Of a DNA stretch of 46,046 bases, positions 25,002-35,407 are shown one piece after another. Each line of letters begins with the position of its first letter. Position 1 is the first letter of the stretch. Made by a program: the position numbers and the translations under genes. The notes beneath the pieces are model-generated. The model worked only from the letters and a program-made list of their open reading frames with translations. It had not been told where the DNA came from and ran no database searches. The DNA lies in contig JAUCBJ010007893.1 of NCBI GenBank assembly GCA_032718475.1, positions 1 through 46,046 on the forward strand, written 5' to 3'. The DNA comes from Nemertoderma westbladi. Taxonomy: Eukaryota; Animalia; Xenacoelomorpha.

Positions 25002-26645
25002 GTGAGAGTAAGTGGATTCGGGATGGAGGAGAAACTAGTGAAGAAGAGGAAGTTGGAGAAGGGTAGAAAGGAGTTACTCATGGATTTCACGCTGAGGCAT
25101 CCGGAAAACAAGAAGAAGGGATACTACAAACCACTCCGGAAGGGTCACAAAGCGCATGCGCTACAGGATCAGTTTAGGGAGATGCACAAGCAACGACTGG
25201 TCGGAACCTACGGGACGCCATCGTTAGACAACGCGATCGACGAGCATCTTCGCTACATTGTAGAGGGGGACGAGGCTAGGTTCGGGATACCGAAGTACCC
25301 GAGGGAGCCACTGAGGAAGGAGTGGATGAGGTTTGTGGATTCCGTGGAGAGGGGTGGATACATGGTCCTAGACGACGAAGGGACTGTAGAGGACGACGAG
25401 GGCTCGGGAAGGGGGTCGGGAGGATCGGCTAGAACCATATTGCTGCACTTAGCGGCACCGAATGTAGATATCTTTCTATTCGACCTAGGGACCTACAGGA
25501 AGAGGAGCAGGCCGAAGTTAAACCAGTTGCCAAGAGCGGTACAGGAGCTAGTGAGACTGAAGACTACGGTCAAGGTGGGATCGGTGATACGCGGCGACGT
25601 GGACATAATTATTAGACCGGGCAACCCGTATCTTCTGGACATGCAGGCAGTCTACATGGCTATGACAAAACCAGATGGATTGGGATTGGTGTACAACACG
25701 GGACATTACAGAGCCGTGGCGATGGGCCAACTGATGGGACTCGTCTGCCACAAGCCGATGGAGTGGAACAAGTTCTGGGAGGAATACAGAGCGGAACTTG
25801 CAAACTCAATCAAATGGGGAGTGAGACCGGGGAAGGAGGAGCTATATCACTTCTGAAAGGGAGTGATAAGAGCCATAGGAGATCCTTTAGGGTGGCCCTA
25901 GAAGGTGTTGTAGACCACCCGGGGCTGAAGGGCGAGTCGGTGTATTACAATACCCGACATGTGGTGGACAGAGAGGTAGACACACCGTATAAGCGATGGG
26001 ATAAACAGGAGGCGGATAGAGTTGAGGAGAGGAGACTAGAGGAAGTCGCCAGGAGAGAGAGAAGGGAGGCAGCAGGCAGAGACGCAGATATAAGGGGAGG
26101 GGAGTACGAGTTCGAAGCCCAGGATTTGGAAGAGCTGAGGTGGGGATCGGAGACCTCGGGCAAGTTTCGGCTGGGGGACGAACCGTCGATAGAGAGAATT
26201 GGCTGCTCGGACACGGACTGGGTGGATGGGGGAGTGGTGACAGCCAGCGGGGCGAGAGCCTTCTGGGACGCATCCAGCAAGCGGACCTGGGAGCATGGCG
26301 AGCCAGCAACGGACTTCGCGGCGAGCACGAACCGACTGGGCGAGCAACCGGGGACGGCACCATGGGTAGTGTTTGGAGAAAGGATGCCAAGGGAGGAGGA
26401 GGACGTCGATATGGTTAGGGAAGACAACGTCAAAATGTTTACCTACCAGTGGCTCCACAGATCCAGGAGGCTATGTGGAGCCAAGGACGACTTGGGGCGA
26501 GAGACAATGATAGACGGTTGCAATTACTGTGGGAGACTAACCCATCATCAAAAGAACTGTCTATACCGTTACCAGAAGGGGACGGCGTGTCTTTACTGCC
26601 ATGAGTCTACGTACAGGATGGGCGCGTGCCCGGAGTTGCCACACC
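25002..26645 (+). pseudogene. DEDDy (WRN/RNase D-like) 3'-5' exonuclease + two CCHC zinc knuckles, disrupted; probably a retrotransposon accessory ORF
   Basis: ExoI YMVLDDEG; ILLHLAAP..IFLFDL; LPRAVQELV..KVGSVIRGD (ExoII); LLDMQ. After a stop/frameshift near 25856: CNYCGRLTHHQKNC (perfect Cx2Cx4Hx4C) and CLYCHESTYRMGAC (H>Y). ExoIII not recognisable. Confidence 0.7.
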
Positions 26646-27352
26646 CCCACTCCTCAGACTGTGCCCCAGTGCCCCCACCCCTCATACTGTGCCCCAGTGC
26701 CTTCACCCCTCAAACTGTGCACCAGTGGCCCACCCTAATCACTGTGCCCCCACCCCTCAGACTGTGCCCCAGTGCCCACACCCCTCAGACTGTGCCCCAG
26801 TGCCCCCACCCCTCAGACTGTGCCCCAGTAGCCCACCCCTAATCACTGTGCCCCCACCTCTTAAGCCGGCACAGCATTCTTAAAAATGCAGCTGCAATGC
26901 AGCATGCCGATCCTAGTAGTAGTGCCCCCACCCCTCAGACTGTGCCCCAGTGCCCCCACCCTTCAGACTGTGCCCCCACCCCTCAGACTGTGCCCCAGTG
27001 CCCCCACCCCTCAGACTGTGCCCCAGTGGCCCACCCCTAATCACTGTGCCCCCACCCCTCAGACTGTGCCCCAGTGCCCCACCCCCCAGACTGTGCCCCA
27101 GTGCCCCTACCCCTCAGACTGTGCCCCAGTGCCCACACCCCTCAGACTGTGCCCCAGTGCCCCCACCCCTCAGACTGTGTCCCAGTAGCCCACCCCTAAT
27201 CACAGTGCCCCCACCCCTCAGACTGTGCCCCAGTGCCCCCACCCCTCATACTGTGCCCCAGTGCCCCCCACCCCTCATACTGTACCCCAGTGGCCCACCC
27301 CTAATCACTGTACCCCCACCCATCAGACTGTGTGCCCCAACCCCTAACCACT
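26645..27352. repeat. C-rich ~28 bp minisatellite (ACCCCTCAGACTGTGCCCCAGTGCCCCC)n
   Basis: About 22 copies with a ~60 bp spacer at 26860-26922; G-run-rich on the minus strand. Confidence 0.95.
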
Positions 27353-27805
27353 GACAATACTTGCTTAAATACATAAGTTCTTAGATACTAAATTATACAA
27401 TAGCCAAATAATTCAAAACATAAACCGGTATATGGTAATACATGAGTTTACTACCGGTACTGTAATATATTATGAATAATAATTAAACATTTAGTTAATT
27501 TAGTCACTGTGTGACCAGTTTATGGTAGTCCCATAGAACGCGGTAGGTAACTGCCAACAGAAGATATCTACTAATTCCGGGACAATAAACCTCTATTATA
27601 AGTATCTACTTGCATTCGTTTTGGTTTAAGGTGGAGGTTCATATATAACGCTGAACCAACGATTTGTAAATTAAGTTTCAATTTTCGAATCACAGATATA
27701 ATACAAGAGGGACCCTTCCTGTAGGATTACTCACTCCCTTCAGTAGATTAGATATCAACAATGTTTTACAACATAATATTATAATGGGCCGGCTTTACAG
27801 AAGAT

Positions 27806-28867
27806 TTAGAATTTAATGGATTTGCAGTAGATATTGGGAAGATTTTGATCATTTACAGTAGATATCCCCTGGGTTGGGTTTACAGTAGATATCCCCTGGG
27901 TTGGGTTTACAGTAGATATCTCATGGGTTGGTTTTACCCAGGCGAGTTCAACCTTAGGTCGAGCTTTCTTCCCAACTTTCCCCTTCCCACCCTCCCGTCT
28001 TTTCTCTCCAGTTCCCTTAGCGTTTTTCCTCTTCCATAAAACATCAGGAAGTTTAATGTCATTCTTGATGACGATAAGATTGAGTTTCGCGTAAACTTCC
28101 AGTAAGACGTAGGCGTCTAGAGCAGCGTAAACAATCTGCGACTGCCGCAGAGGCCGCCTCTCCCAATCCGACATCTGTTCTTTCTTACAGAGACCCAAAC
28201 CGAACAGCTGACGGACGAGCAGAGCGAGCCCTTTCTCGTCGGGAGACGAGCCAACAATCTCAGGAAGTTCCTCCAAGCTGCTCAATAAATTACTCAAGTT
28301 CATAAGATCTACAACATTCTCAACGGAGTCCACAGCCTCGGAGAAGACGTCGGGGTAACTACCGACCAGCTCCCCGAAGTCGCCATGGATACCATAACCA
28401 AGTTTAAGTACACGGGGGTCCGCGAAAATACGACGGAAGAACGTAGCGAGTACGTAAGGGCTAATGAGTAAAACTAATGTTGGTAAATCTAAGAGGAAGA
28501 CCTGGGTGGGGAGGGCGAGTTGGAGCAAGGCAACCCGAGTCTGGGTGGTGGCGCCCTTAGTGGCGCGCCACTCCGCGTCTATACCGACCATACTGGCAGT
28601 CAGACAGTCGGACATGCATTTACTCCAAGTCGGCGAGTCGTGTACGAAAGTGATACTGTCGTGGGGGATGGCGAGTTGGAGACAAGAGTCGCTGGGCAGG
28701 AAATCCTCGAGGCCGGATTTGAAGACGGGTTCGTCAGGGGCCGAACCTCGTTGGAGTTTGGTACGAACGTCGGATGGGAGACCGTCCGCTGGGAGTTTGT
28801 AATGAACCGCCCATTTACACGCCGTATCAACGTCGCCATGGTAAGTAATCTCCTCGACCAACTTAAC
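27806..28867 (-). CDS. EXD3: Exonuclease mut-7/EXD3/Nibbler homolog, exon 2 (DEDDy catalytic domain)
   Basis: VGIDAEW, VALLQLA, VFLLDL, KLGYGIHGDF, KGLALLVRQLFG..LCKKEQMSDWERRPLRQSQIVYAALDAYVL; all catalytic D/E/D/Y/D residues present; acceptor TTTTTATCTCTAG|GTT, phase 0. Confidence 0.9.
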   Translation of the reverse strand, partial: VKLVEEITYHGDVDTACKWAVHYKLPADGLPSDVRTKLQRGSAPDEPVFKSGLEDFLPSDSCLQLAIPHDSITFVHDSPTWSKCMSDCLTASMVGIDAEWRATKGATTQTRVALLQLALPTQVFLLDLPTLVLLISPYVLATFFRRIFADPRVLKLGYGIHGDFGELVGSYPDVFSEAVDSVENVVDLMNLSNLLSSLEELPEIVGSSPDEKGLALLVRQLFGLGLCKKEQMSDWERRPLRQSQIVYAALDAYVLLEVYAKLNLIVIKNDIKLPDVLWKRKNAKGTGEKRREGGKGKVGKKARPKVELAWVKPTHEISTVNPTQGISTVNPTQGISTVNDQNLPNIYCKSIKF

Positions 28868-28873
28868 CTAGAG

Positions 28874-28925
28874 ATAAAAACTATATAGAATACAGAGAAT
28901 GAGAAAAAGTATATAGAGTCCATTA
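28874..28925. repeat. Two-unit remnant of the intronic minisatellite abutting the 3' splice site
   Basis: TATATAGAATACAGAGAATGAGAAAAAGTATATAGAGTCCAT matches the array units. Confidence 0.8.
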
Positions 28926-29151
28926 AAGGGTATATGATTTTAACAGTTGTAAATTAAGTGCCTTTTTTATTTAACAAAGTCGCTATGTAGAAAAATAAAA
29001 TAATGTAACATATTAACAGTAACCCAAACTGTACTTGCGCTTATTTTTTTCATTAGGTAAGGTTTGAATCGGTTGGATTCACTGTAATTCAACCATAAAT
29101 AGTTCTCAGTTCATACGTACCTGTTTGTGCCTTAACCAAATTATAAGTACT

Positions 29152-31522
29152 ACTACTACTACTACTAGGTCGAGCGAACTCGGACAGTGGAAATGAGATC
29201 CTTCCAGGCTTCCCGATTCTCCATAGTTGTCGCAATTTCGTTTCTCCCAAGTTCAGTATCCCTTTCAAGTTGATCTATATATGTTATGGCAGGTCGTCCA
29301 CGACTACGCTTTCCATGAGTTGGTTGCCAGAGAAGTAGATCTGGTATGACCTCGTCTTTACTTCGCCAGCAGTGCCCACTGAATCTTAATCTGCGTTCAC
29401 GGAGGGTGGTTGATACAGGTGGTATTGTACCATAAAGCTCGGCGTTTGTCATGTGTTGTCTCCAGCTGATGTTTAGGGCTGCCCTTAGTAGTCTTGTGTA
29501 GCAACCATCAATTCGTTGTTCAAGTGATTTAGTCAGTGTCCAGGTCTCACCCCCGTATAAAAATACACTTTCCACTGTGGCTCGAAAGAACTTAGTCTTC
29601 AGGTGCCTGGAGAGATCTGATTTCCAGATGGTATCCATTTTTGATAGAGCTACCCAAGCCTTTGCTTTCCTAACTTCTATGTCCTTTTTGCTACTCTCTA
29701 TCCATGATCCAAGGTACTGGAAGTCATCGACCTTCCTTAGTTGATTATTATCAATGGTTGTCAAGTTTCCATCAACATTAAAGGTCATGAATTCGGTCTT
29801 GGTAGCATTTATATGCAATCCAACCTCCTTAGCAGCCCTCTCCACTTTATTTAGTAGAAGCTGTGCATCTGCTAGCGTATTAGAGAGCAGGGCGATGTCA
29901 TCCGCAAAGTCGGTGTCTGTGACTGTAGTTGCCGGATATCTACTACTTCTGCGTTCTTGAAGTGTGAATCCCTGATCTTCACCCTTTGTGGCCGTCCTCA
30001 TTGCGTAATCCAGTACAATTACAAATAGTAATGGTGCTAATGTGTCACCTTGCAGTACGCCAGCCAGGATTGAGAAAAACTCAGTTTCACCATCTGGTGA
30101 GAGTACCTGCGCTTCTGTGTCACAATATAACAATCCAATGCCAGCAACAATTACTTCTGGTATTCCATAAGCTCTTAGGATTTCAAGCATTTTACCTCTA
30201 TGGATGGAGTCGAATGCCTTCTTGAAGTCCACAAAAGTCATGACTGCGGGGAGATTCTTTGACTTAATTCCTTCAATCAGTCTCCGTAGTGCAAGTATCT
30301 GAGCTATTGTTGATCTACTTGGTCGAAATCCGTTTTGGCTCTTACGCAGTAGTTTCTCTATGTGAGGCCTAATCCTATATAGAATCATTTTATTGTATAT
30401 TTTGGCAGCTACCACAAGCAGACAGATCCCACGATAGTTTGTTGGTATGCCGAGGTCTCCTTTCTTGGGGAGAGGCTTTAGTTGACCTTTAGTCCAAATT
30501 GGTGGTGGCTTTTCCCCTTTTAACATCCGGTCGCAAACATTCAATAATGGTCTATTTAGCACTCCGGTTTTCCATACCTCCGCTGGGATTTCATCTAATC
30601 CACTCGCTTTATTATTGGACATGATTATAATGCTTCTTTGGAGTTCGGCAGGTGTGAAGTCCCCTGTTTCTATAGGTAGTGTCTTGTCATATATTTTCCT
30701 TGTAGGGCTGACCTCGATGTTTGGTGGCTGCCCAAGTAAGTTGCTGAAGTGATTTTTCCACTTCCCAACACGTTCTTCAGGACTATCGGCTTTGAGGCGC
30801 CCCTTTGCACAACTTTTCCGACCAGATACCTCATTTACAGTTTGCCAGGTAAGTCTTGATTGTTGCTGTATGTGAGCAGTTGTAATTGCTTCAGTTTTAT
30901 CCTGTATGTACTTTTCCTGGCTGATGTTGTAGGCCAATTTAAGATCGTCCTTAGCTTTCTCAACCTTGTTAATGTTTTCGGTTGTTGGTTGTTCGGTTTT
31001 AACTTTGTAGGCTATCTTAAGATCTTCTCTCTTACAAGTAACCTCAGAGTTTTGCCATGGCACATACTGTTTTCGTTTAGGTTTCTGGGGGATATGCCTC
31101 TTAGCTGATTCCTTGTGGGCTGTTATTATATTCTGGTATATTGAATCGGTGGATTGGTCTTCATCTATTGACTGAAGTGCTTCAAAGCGGTTTTGAACTT
31201 CTACTGTATAAGCATCCTTTACAGCATTGTCAGTTCTGAGTTTCTCCCAGTCGTAGTTGATTTGCTTGCTTGTCCTGGGTTTGCTGGCTCTCAAACTGAG
31301 TCTGATCTCTGCAGTCACAATTCTGTGGTCCGAACCAATTAGGTTGAACGAGCTGTATGCCTCGCAGTTGATCATGCTATTTCTCCACTTTTTGTTTATA
31401 AGGATGTAATCCAGTTGTGCTTGGGTTCCATTAGGGTATTGAAAGGTCCATAGCTTCCCCTTACTCTTTTCGAATTTGTTGTTTGTTGGTATCAATTCAC
31501 ATTCTTCCATTAGGTATAAAAG
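29152..31522 (-). mobile_element. RTE-clade LINE, 5'-truncated, intronic, sense to the host gene
   Basis: (TAG)n tail starting at the stop codon; candidate TSD TAAGTACT at 29144-29151 and 31523-31530. Confidence 0.9.
29165..31510 (-). CDS. RTE ORF (C-terminal part of APE + complete RT), uninterrupted but lacking the endonuclease N-terminus
   Basis: LDYIL, SDHR, NYRGI, QNGFR, FVDFKKAFDS, GVLQGDTLAPLLF, FADDI, FQYLGS, YGGETW, RRLRFSGHC, RGRP. Confidence 0.9.
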   Translation of the reverse strand: MEECELIPTNNKFEKSKGKLWTFQYPNGTQAQLDYILINKKWRNSMINCEAYSSFNLIGSDHRIVTAEIRLSLRASKPRTSKQINYDWEKLRTDNAVKDAYTVEVQNRFEALQSIDEDQSTDSIYQNIITAHKESAKRHIPQKPKRKQYVPWQNSEVTCKREDLKIAYKVKTEQPTTENINKVEKAKDDLKLAYNISQEKYIQDKTEAITTAHIQQQSRLTWQTVNEVSGRKSCAKGRLKADSPEERVGKWKNHFSNLLGQPPNIEVSPTRKIYDKTLPIETGDFTPAELQRSIIIMSNNKASGLDEIPAEVWKTGVLNRPLLNVCDRMLKGEKPPPIWTKGQLKPLPKKGDLGIPTNYRGICLLVVAAKIYNKMILYRIRPHIEKLLRKSQNGFRPSRSTIAQILALRRLIEGIKSKNLPAVMTFVDFKKAFDSIHRGKMLEILRAYGIPEVIVAGIGLLYCDTEAQVLSPDGETEFFSILAGVLQGDTLAPLLFVIVLDYAMRTATKGEDQGFTLQERRSSRYPATTVTDTDFADDIALLSNTLADAQLLLNKVERAAKEVGLHINATKTEFMTFNVDGNLTTIDNNQLRKVDDFQYLGSWIESSKKDIEVRKAKAWVALSKMDTIWKSDLSRHLKTKFFRATVESVFLYGGETWTLTKSLEQRIDGCYTRLLRAALNISWRQHMTNAELYGTIPPVSTTLRERRLRFSGHCWRSKDEVIPDLLLWQPTHGKRSRGRPAITYIDQLERDTELGRNEIATTMENREAWKDLISTVRVRST

Positions 31523-31589
31523 TAAGTACTCTGGTTCACCGGGATTAAGAAAAATAGGTCTCTGTTTCAAATCTAACAGAATCAATAGA

Positions 31590-32648
31590 ATGAGAAAAAG
31601 TACATAGAATCAAGGGAATGAGAAAAAGTATATAGAATACAGGGAATGAGAAAAAGTATATAGAATCCACAAATGATAAAAAGTACATAGAGTTAAGGGA
31701 ATGAGAAAAAGTATATAGAATACAGGGAATGAGAAAAAGTATATAGAATCCATAAATGACAAAAAGTACATAGAATCAAGGGGATGAGAAAAAGTATATA
31801 GAATACAGGGAATGAGAAAAAGTATATAGAATACAGGGAATGAGAAAAGAAAAAGTATATAGAATCCAGAGAACGATAAAAAGTATATAGAATCCATAAA
31901 TTAGAAAAAGTACATAGAATCAAGGGAATGATAAAAAGTATATAGAATCCAGAGAATGAGAAAAAGTATATAGAATTTATAAATGAGAAAAGTACATAGA
32001 AGCAAGGGGACGAGAAAAAGTATATAGAATGCAGAGAATGAGAAAAAGTATATAGAATACAGAGAATGTGAAAAAGTATATAGAATCCATAAATGAGAAA
32101 AGTACATAGAATCAAGGGAATGAGAAAAAGTATATAGAATACAGGGAATGAGAAAACGTATATAGAATACAGGGAATGAGAAAAAGTATATAGAATCCAG
32201 AGAATGAGAAAAAGTATATAGAATTTATAAATGAGAAAAGTACATAGAAGCAAGGGGACGAGAAAAAGTATATAGAATGCAGAGAATGAGAAAAAGTATA
32301 TAGAATACAGAGAATGTGAAAAAGTATATAGAATCCATAAATGAGAAAAGTACATAGAATCAAGGGAATGAGAAAAAGTATATAGAATACAGGGAATGAG
32401 AAAACGTATATAGAATACAGGGAATGAGAAAAAGTATATAGAATCCAGAGAATGAGAAAAAGTATATAGAATCCAGAGAATGAGAAAAAGTATATAGAAT
32501 CCATAAATGAGAAAAGTACATAGAATCAAGGGAATGAGAAAAAGTATATAGAATACAGGGGATGAGAAAAGGTATATAGTATCCATAAATGAGAAAAGTA
32601 CATAGAATCAAGGGAATGAGAAAAAGTATATAGAATACAGGGAATGAG
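31590..32648. repeat. 27-28 bp minisatellite (GGGAATGAGAAAAAGTATATAGAATACA)n, left block
   Basis: Directly visible; strongly purine-rich on +. Confidence 0.97.
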
Positions 32649-35407
32649 TGTCACCTTAAACAGTGTCATCTCATCTCGAATACCTTTTGCACGAAAGATA
32701 CGGTTGCTACTGACCGCTTGCAAAGCCTGTCAAAGTGTGCTAAATCTCTTTCGGCATCTATATTATTCACAGAGAGTTTATCAACTATGTCTGCCTCAAG
32801 CTCACTCACAACTGTTGCTCTTGCAGCATCATTGCCATCTGCAAATCCATATTCACGACCACGTTGCATTTTCAAGTCTCTTGCTGCACGTTTACAAAAC
32901 TTATCGACAAACAACTTTACAAGTCCATTTGGTTCTTCCAGCTGAAAAGAGTAATCCACTACAAAGGCATTTAGCGTCTTCATTTCACCATTGTTGAGGT
33001 CTTCATGTAACTGTGGAAGTATTTTAACCAAATCTGACTGCTTTGATTTTTCTACCATATTTAAGAACGGCATTGTTACTTTGTATGTGAACCATGCTAG
33101 ACTCTTCAACCCAATTTCAATAAGTGGATAGTCCAAGTACAACCTACATGCCTGAATGAGAACATTTGAACGAGTAGTAGAACTTAGAAGCTTATCAATG
33201 TCACTCAGGTGATACACAATTGCAGCCGCAGTGTAACCAAGTTTAGCAAATCTTCTTTCAGTGTAAATTGAGAATTTTTTGCGTTTGCTGTCTCGGGCGA
33301 GCTGAACATCGAACTCTTCAAACAGGGACGACTGATGTCCATCATTTGTTACCAATTTCTGGAATGCAGTGATAGCTGCAACAGTTACACACTTGTTTGT
33401 TGGCAAGAAAGATCGTAAGAATGGTTGATGCGAAAGTATTGATTCATGCAGATTAGATTGGCGTTCAAGTTCTAACAAAACAAGCAAGTTTCCCCTGTCG
33501 AATACCTCACAAGTGTGTGAGATGCATAGTAGATGTAGAGGAACATGAGATGTCATCAACGTTCCTGCAACCATTTCAGCTACTTTTAGATTTTTTGAAA
33601 CGCTATCTGTCATCAAAGCTGTTATTCTTTGCCAAAGAATTTCGGCTCTGGTTTCACCTGCAATTGCCAGGCGCTTGAGATTTTCAACCAACAGCTCTGA
33701 TATTGTCTCTCTGTTTTCTCGTGCAAGAGATAGTGGACGAACACGAAAATCCTTGCCACTGCTTAGCTTCACAATAACAGCTGGCCAATCACCTTCTATC
33801 CGTCTACGCTTTGTGGTGTCAAAGTGTAATGTAATCTGTTCATCTTCGGCCTCCAGTATTGCAAGTGCGGCGTTTCGCTCTTCCTGAATAGCTAGTATAT
33901 GCTTCTGTTTGTCGATTGCACGCGCACTTGGTAACACATTCTCATAGCTTTCAAATTCTATAGCAGTCCGAGGTGTAGTATTTTTCTGAGTACTAATGCT
34001 GGCAGTTGAAGTTGGCTCAATGACTCCACCATTTTCGTCATCACTGCGACATCCATCAACAACAATTGGTGGGTTCAGTTCATATCTATGACTAAAGAAC
34101 TCTTGTGTGGTCGCTTGAAAGGCTTTTCTCGCTTGTTCAATTGTAATAGCTGCATTCACACAGGACCTTGCCAAAGCAGTTTTGATTTTTGGTACAAAGT
34201 TTCTGACACCAGTTCTCAGCTTAAAATGTAAGGGATCTGACAATTTCACTTGGACTCCGAAATCAACCTTTGGCCGTGTGTCCCGAGCTAAACCTGAGCG
34301 ATGCAGAGATTGACCTAGAAATCCAGAGGGTACATTTAGAGAAGTAGATGGCGTAGAGGTTAAAAGGTCTAAAAACTCGGAATTATCCTCCTCTTCTTCA
34401 GTAGTTAACAATCTTTCTGCGTCACGCTGTTGTTCATATTCAACATCCACCTGTTCACTTAGAGCCATGTTTCTTGATCCCTTCTGGTCATGGTAGAAAT
34501 CACGTTCATGTGGATCTAGATTGTCTGGATTGACCTTTGCCCCAAGGCAATCTAGAAGAAATCTATGTTCTTTATGAAATTCTAGACTATTCTTGCGTTT
34601 TGTCCCCGATTTATAGTTTGCAGTAACTTTACTTCGATAGGATTTCATATACCCATCCAACTTGTAGCGAATGCTCTTCTGTGTCATAGCATTTCCCATT
34701 CCAAAGGCTGTCTCCCATTGATATTGAAGTGATTTGGCACATGCTGATATGGCATCTCTTTGCTTTTGTGAGTTATACGTAGGGGACACAGAGAAAATAG
34801 CAAAGATGCAATCAGTAGCTAGTGGTAGACTATTTCCAAATGCAAATATATATTCAGTTGGCATAATATCAAATATATATCAGGATAAGGACCAAATTAT
34901 ATCACAAATATTATTATATCAGAATAAGGCTTACACTACACAGCTACACTGTACAATTGTATAATGTGTATAACTGTTCAATTCAACTATTATAAATGTA
35001 ACATTGCACTATGTCGCAAGTTGAAGAATCCTACCATAGTGTCTATCCTACAGAGAAGCTAGAACCACATGAGTTAGAAGTGGACCATAACTCCAAAAGT
35101 ATTAACAATTTGGTCCCAAAACATGTTTCTTCTCCAACTAAATCGGCCATTGCGGTTCTAATGAGCCCATAACCAGCTCTATGGCACAATCAGAAGTGCT
35201 TCTATTGAATTAAGCACTGAAAATCATACGCAATAAAAATATTCATTATCACTTATCGGTTGAGGGAATACTTTCTCGACTGGCGATTTTTTTTGTTTCA
35301 GCCATATACCTTATACTATACCTCAAATTGCTTCTCTCATTATGCCTATTCAAATGAGCTTTGACCTTGGCAGTTTTTCGGATGGTCACTTCTACAGCCG
35401 ACTGCTA
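32649..35407 (-). mobile_element. hAT-like (hATm-type) DNA transposon inserted in the minisatellite, 3' end deleted
   Basis: 5' end TAGCAGTCGGCTG at 35407; no matching TIR at the other junction, where coding sequence runs directly into satellite. Confidence 0.7.
32666..34864 (-). CDS. DDE transposase with CxxH motif (divergent hAT-like), 732 aa
   Basis: DFYHDQKGSRNM; LHFDTT (D1); LMTDSVSKN (D2); LLCISH (CxxH); VNNIDAERDL (E). Confidence 0.75.
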   Translation of the reverse strand: MPTEYIFAFGNSLPLATDCIFAIFSVSPTYNSQKQRDAISACAKSLQYQWETAFGMGNAMTQKSIRYKLDGYMKSYRSKVTANYKSGTKRKNSLEFHKEHRFLLDCLGAKVNPDNLDPHERDFYHDQKGSRNMALSEQVDVEYEQQRDAERLLTTEEEEDNSEFLDLLTSTPSTSLNVPSGFLGQSLHRSGLARDTRPKVDFGVQVKLSDPLHFKLRTGVRNFVPKIKTALARSCVNAAITIEQARKAFQATTQEFFSHRYELNPPIVVDGCRSDDENGGVIEPTSTASISTQKNTTPRTAIEFESYENVLPSARAIDKQKHILAIQEERNAALAILEAEDEQITLHFDTTKRRRIEGDWPAVIVKLSSGKDFRVRPLSLARENRETISELLVENLKRLAIAGETRAEILWQRITALMTDSVSKNLKVAEMVAGTLMTSHVPLHLLCISHTCEVFDRGNLLVLLELERQSNLHESILSHQPFLRSFLPTNKCVTVAAITAFQKLVTNDGHQSSLFEEFDVQLARDSKRKKFSIYTERRFAKLGYTAAAIVYHLSDIDKLLSSTTRSNVLIQACRLYLDYPLIEIGLKSLAWFTYKVTMPFLNMVEKSKQSDLVKILPQLHEDLNNGEMKTLNAFVVDYSFQLEEPNGLVKLFVDKFCKRAARDLKMQRGREYGFADGNDAARATVVSELEADIVDKLSVNNIDAERDLAHFDRLCKRSVATVSFVQKVFEMR

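Noticed and set aside
26626-27354. Pro/Cys-rich ORFs (PQTVPQCP...)
   Set aside because: Translations of the C-rich minisatellite
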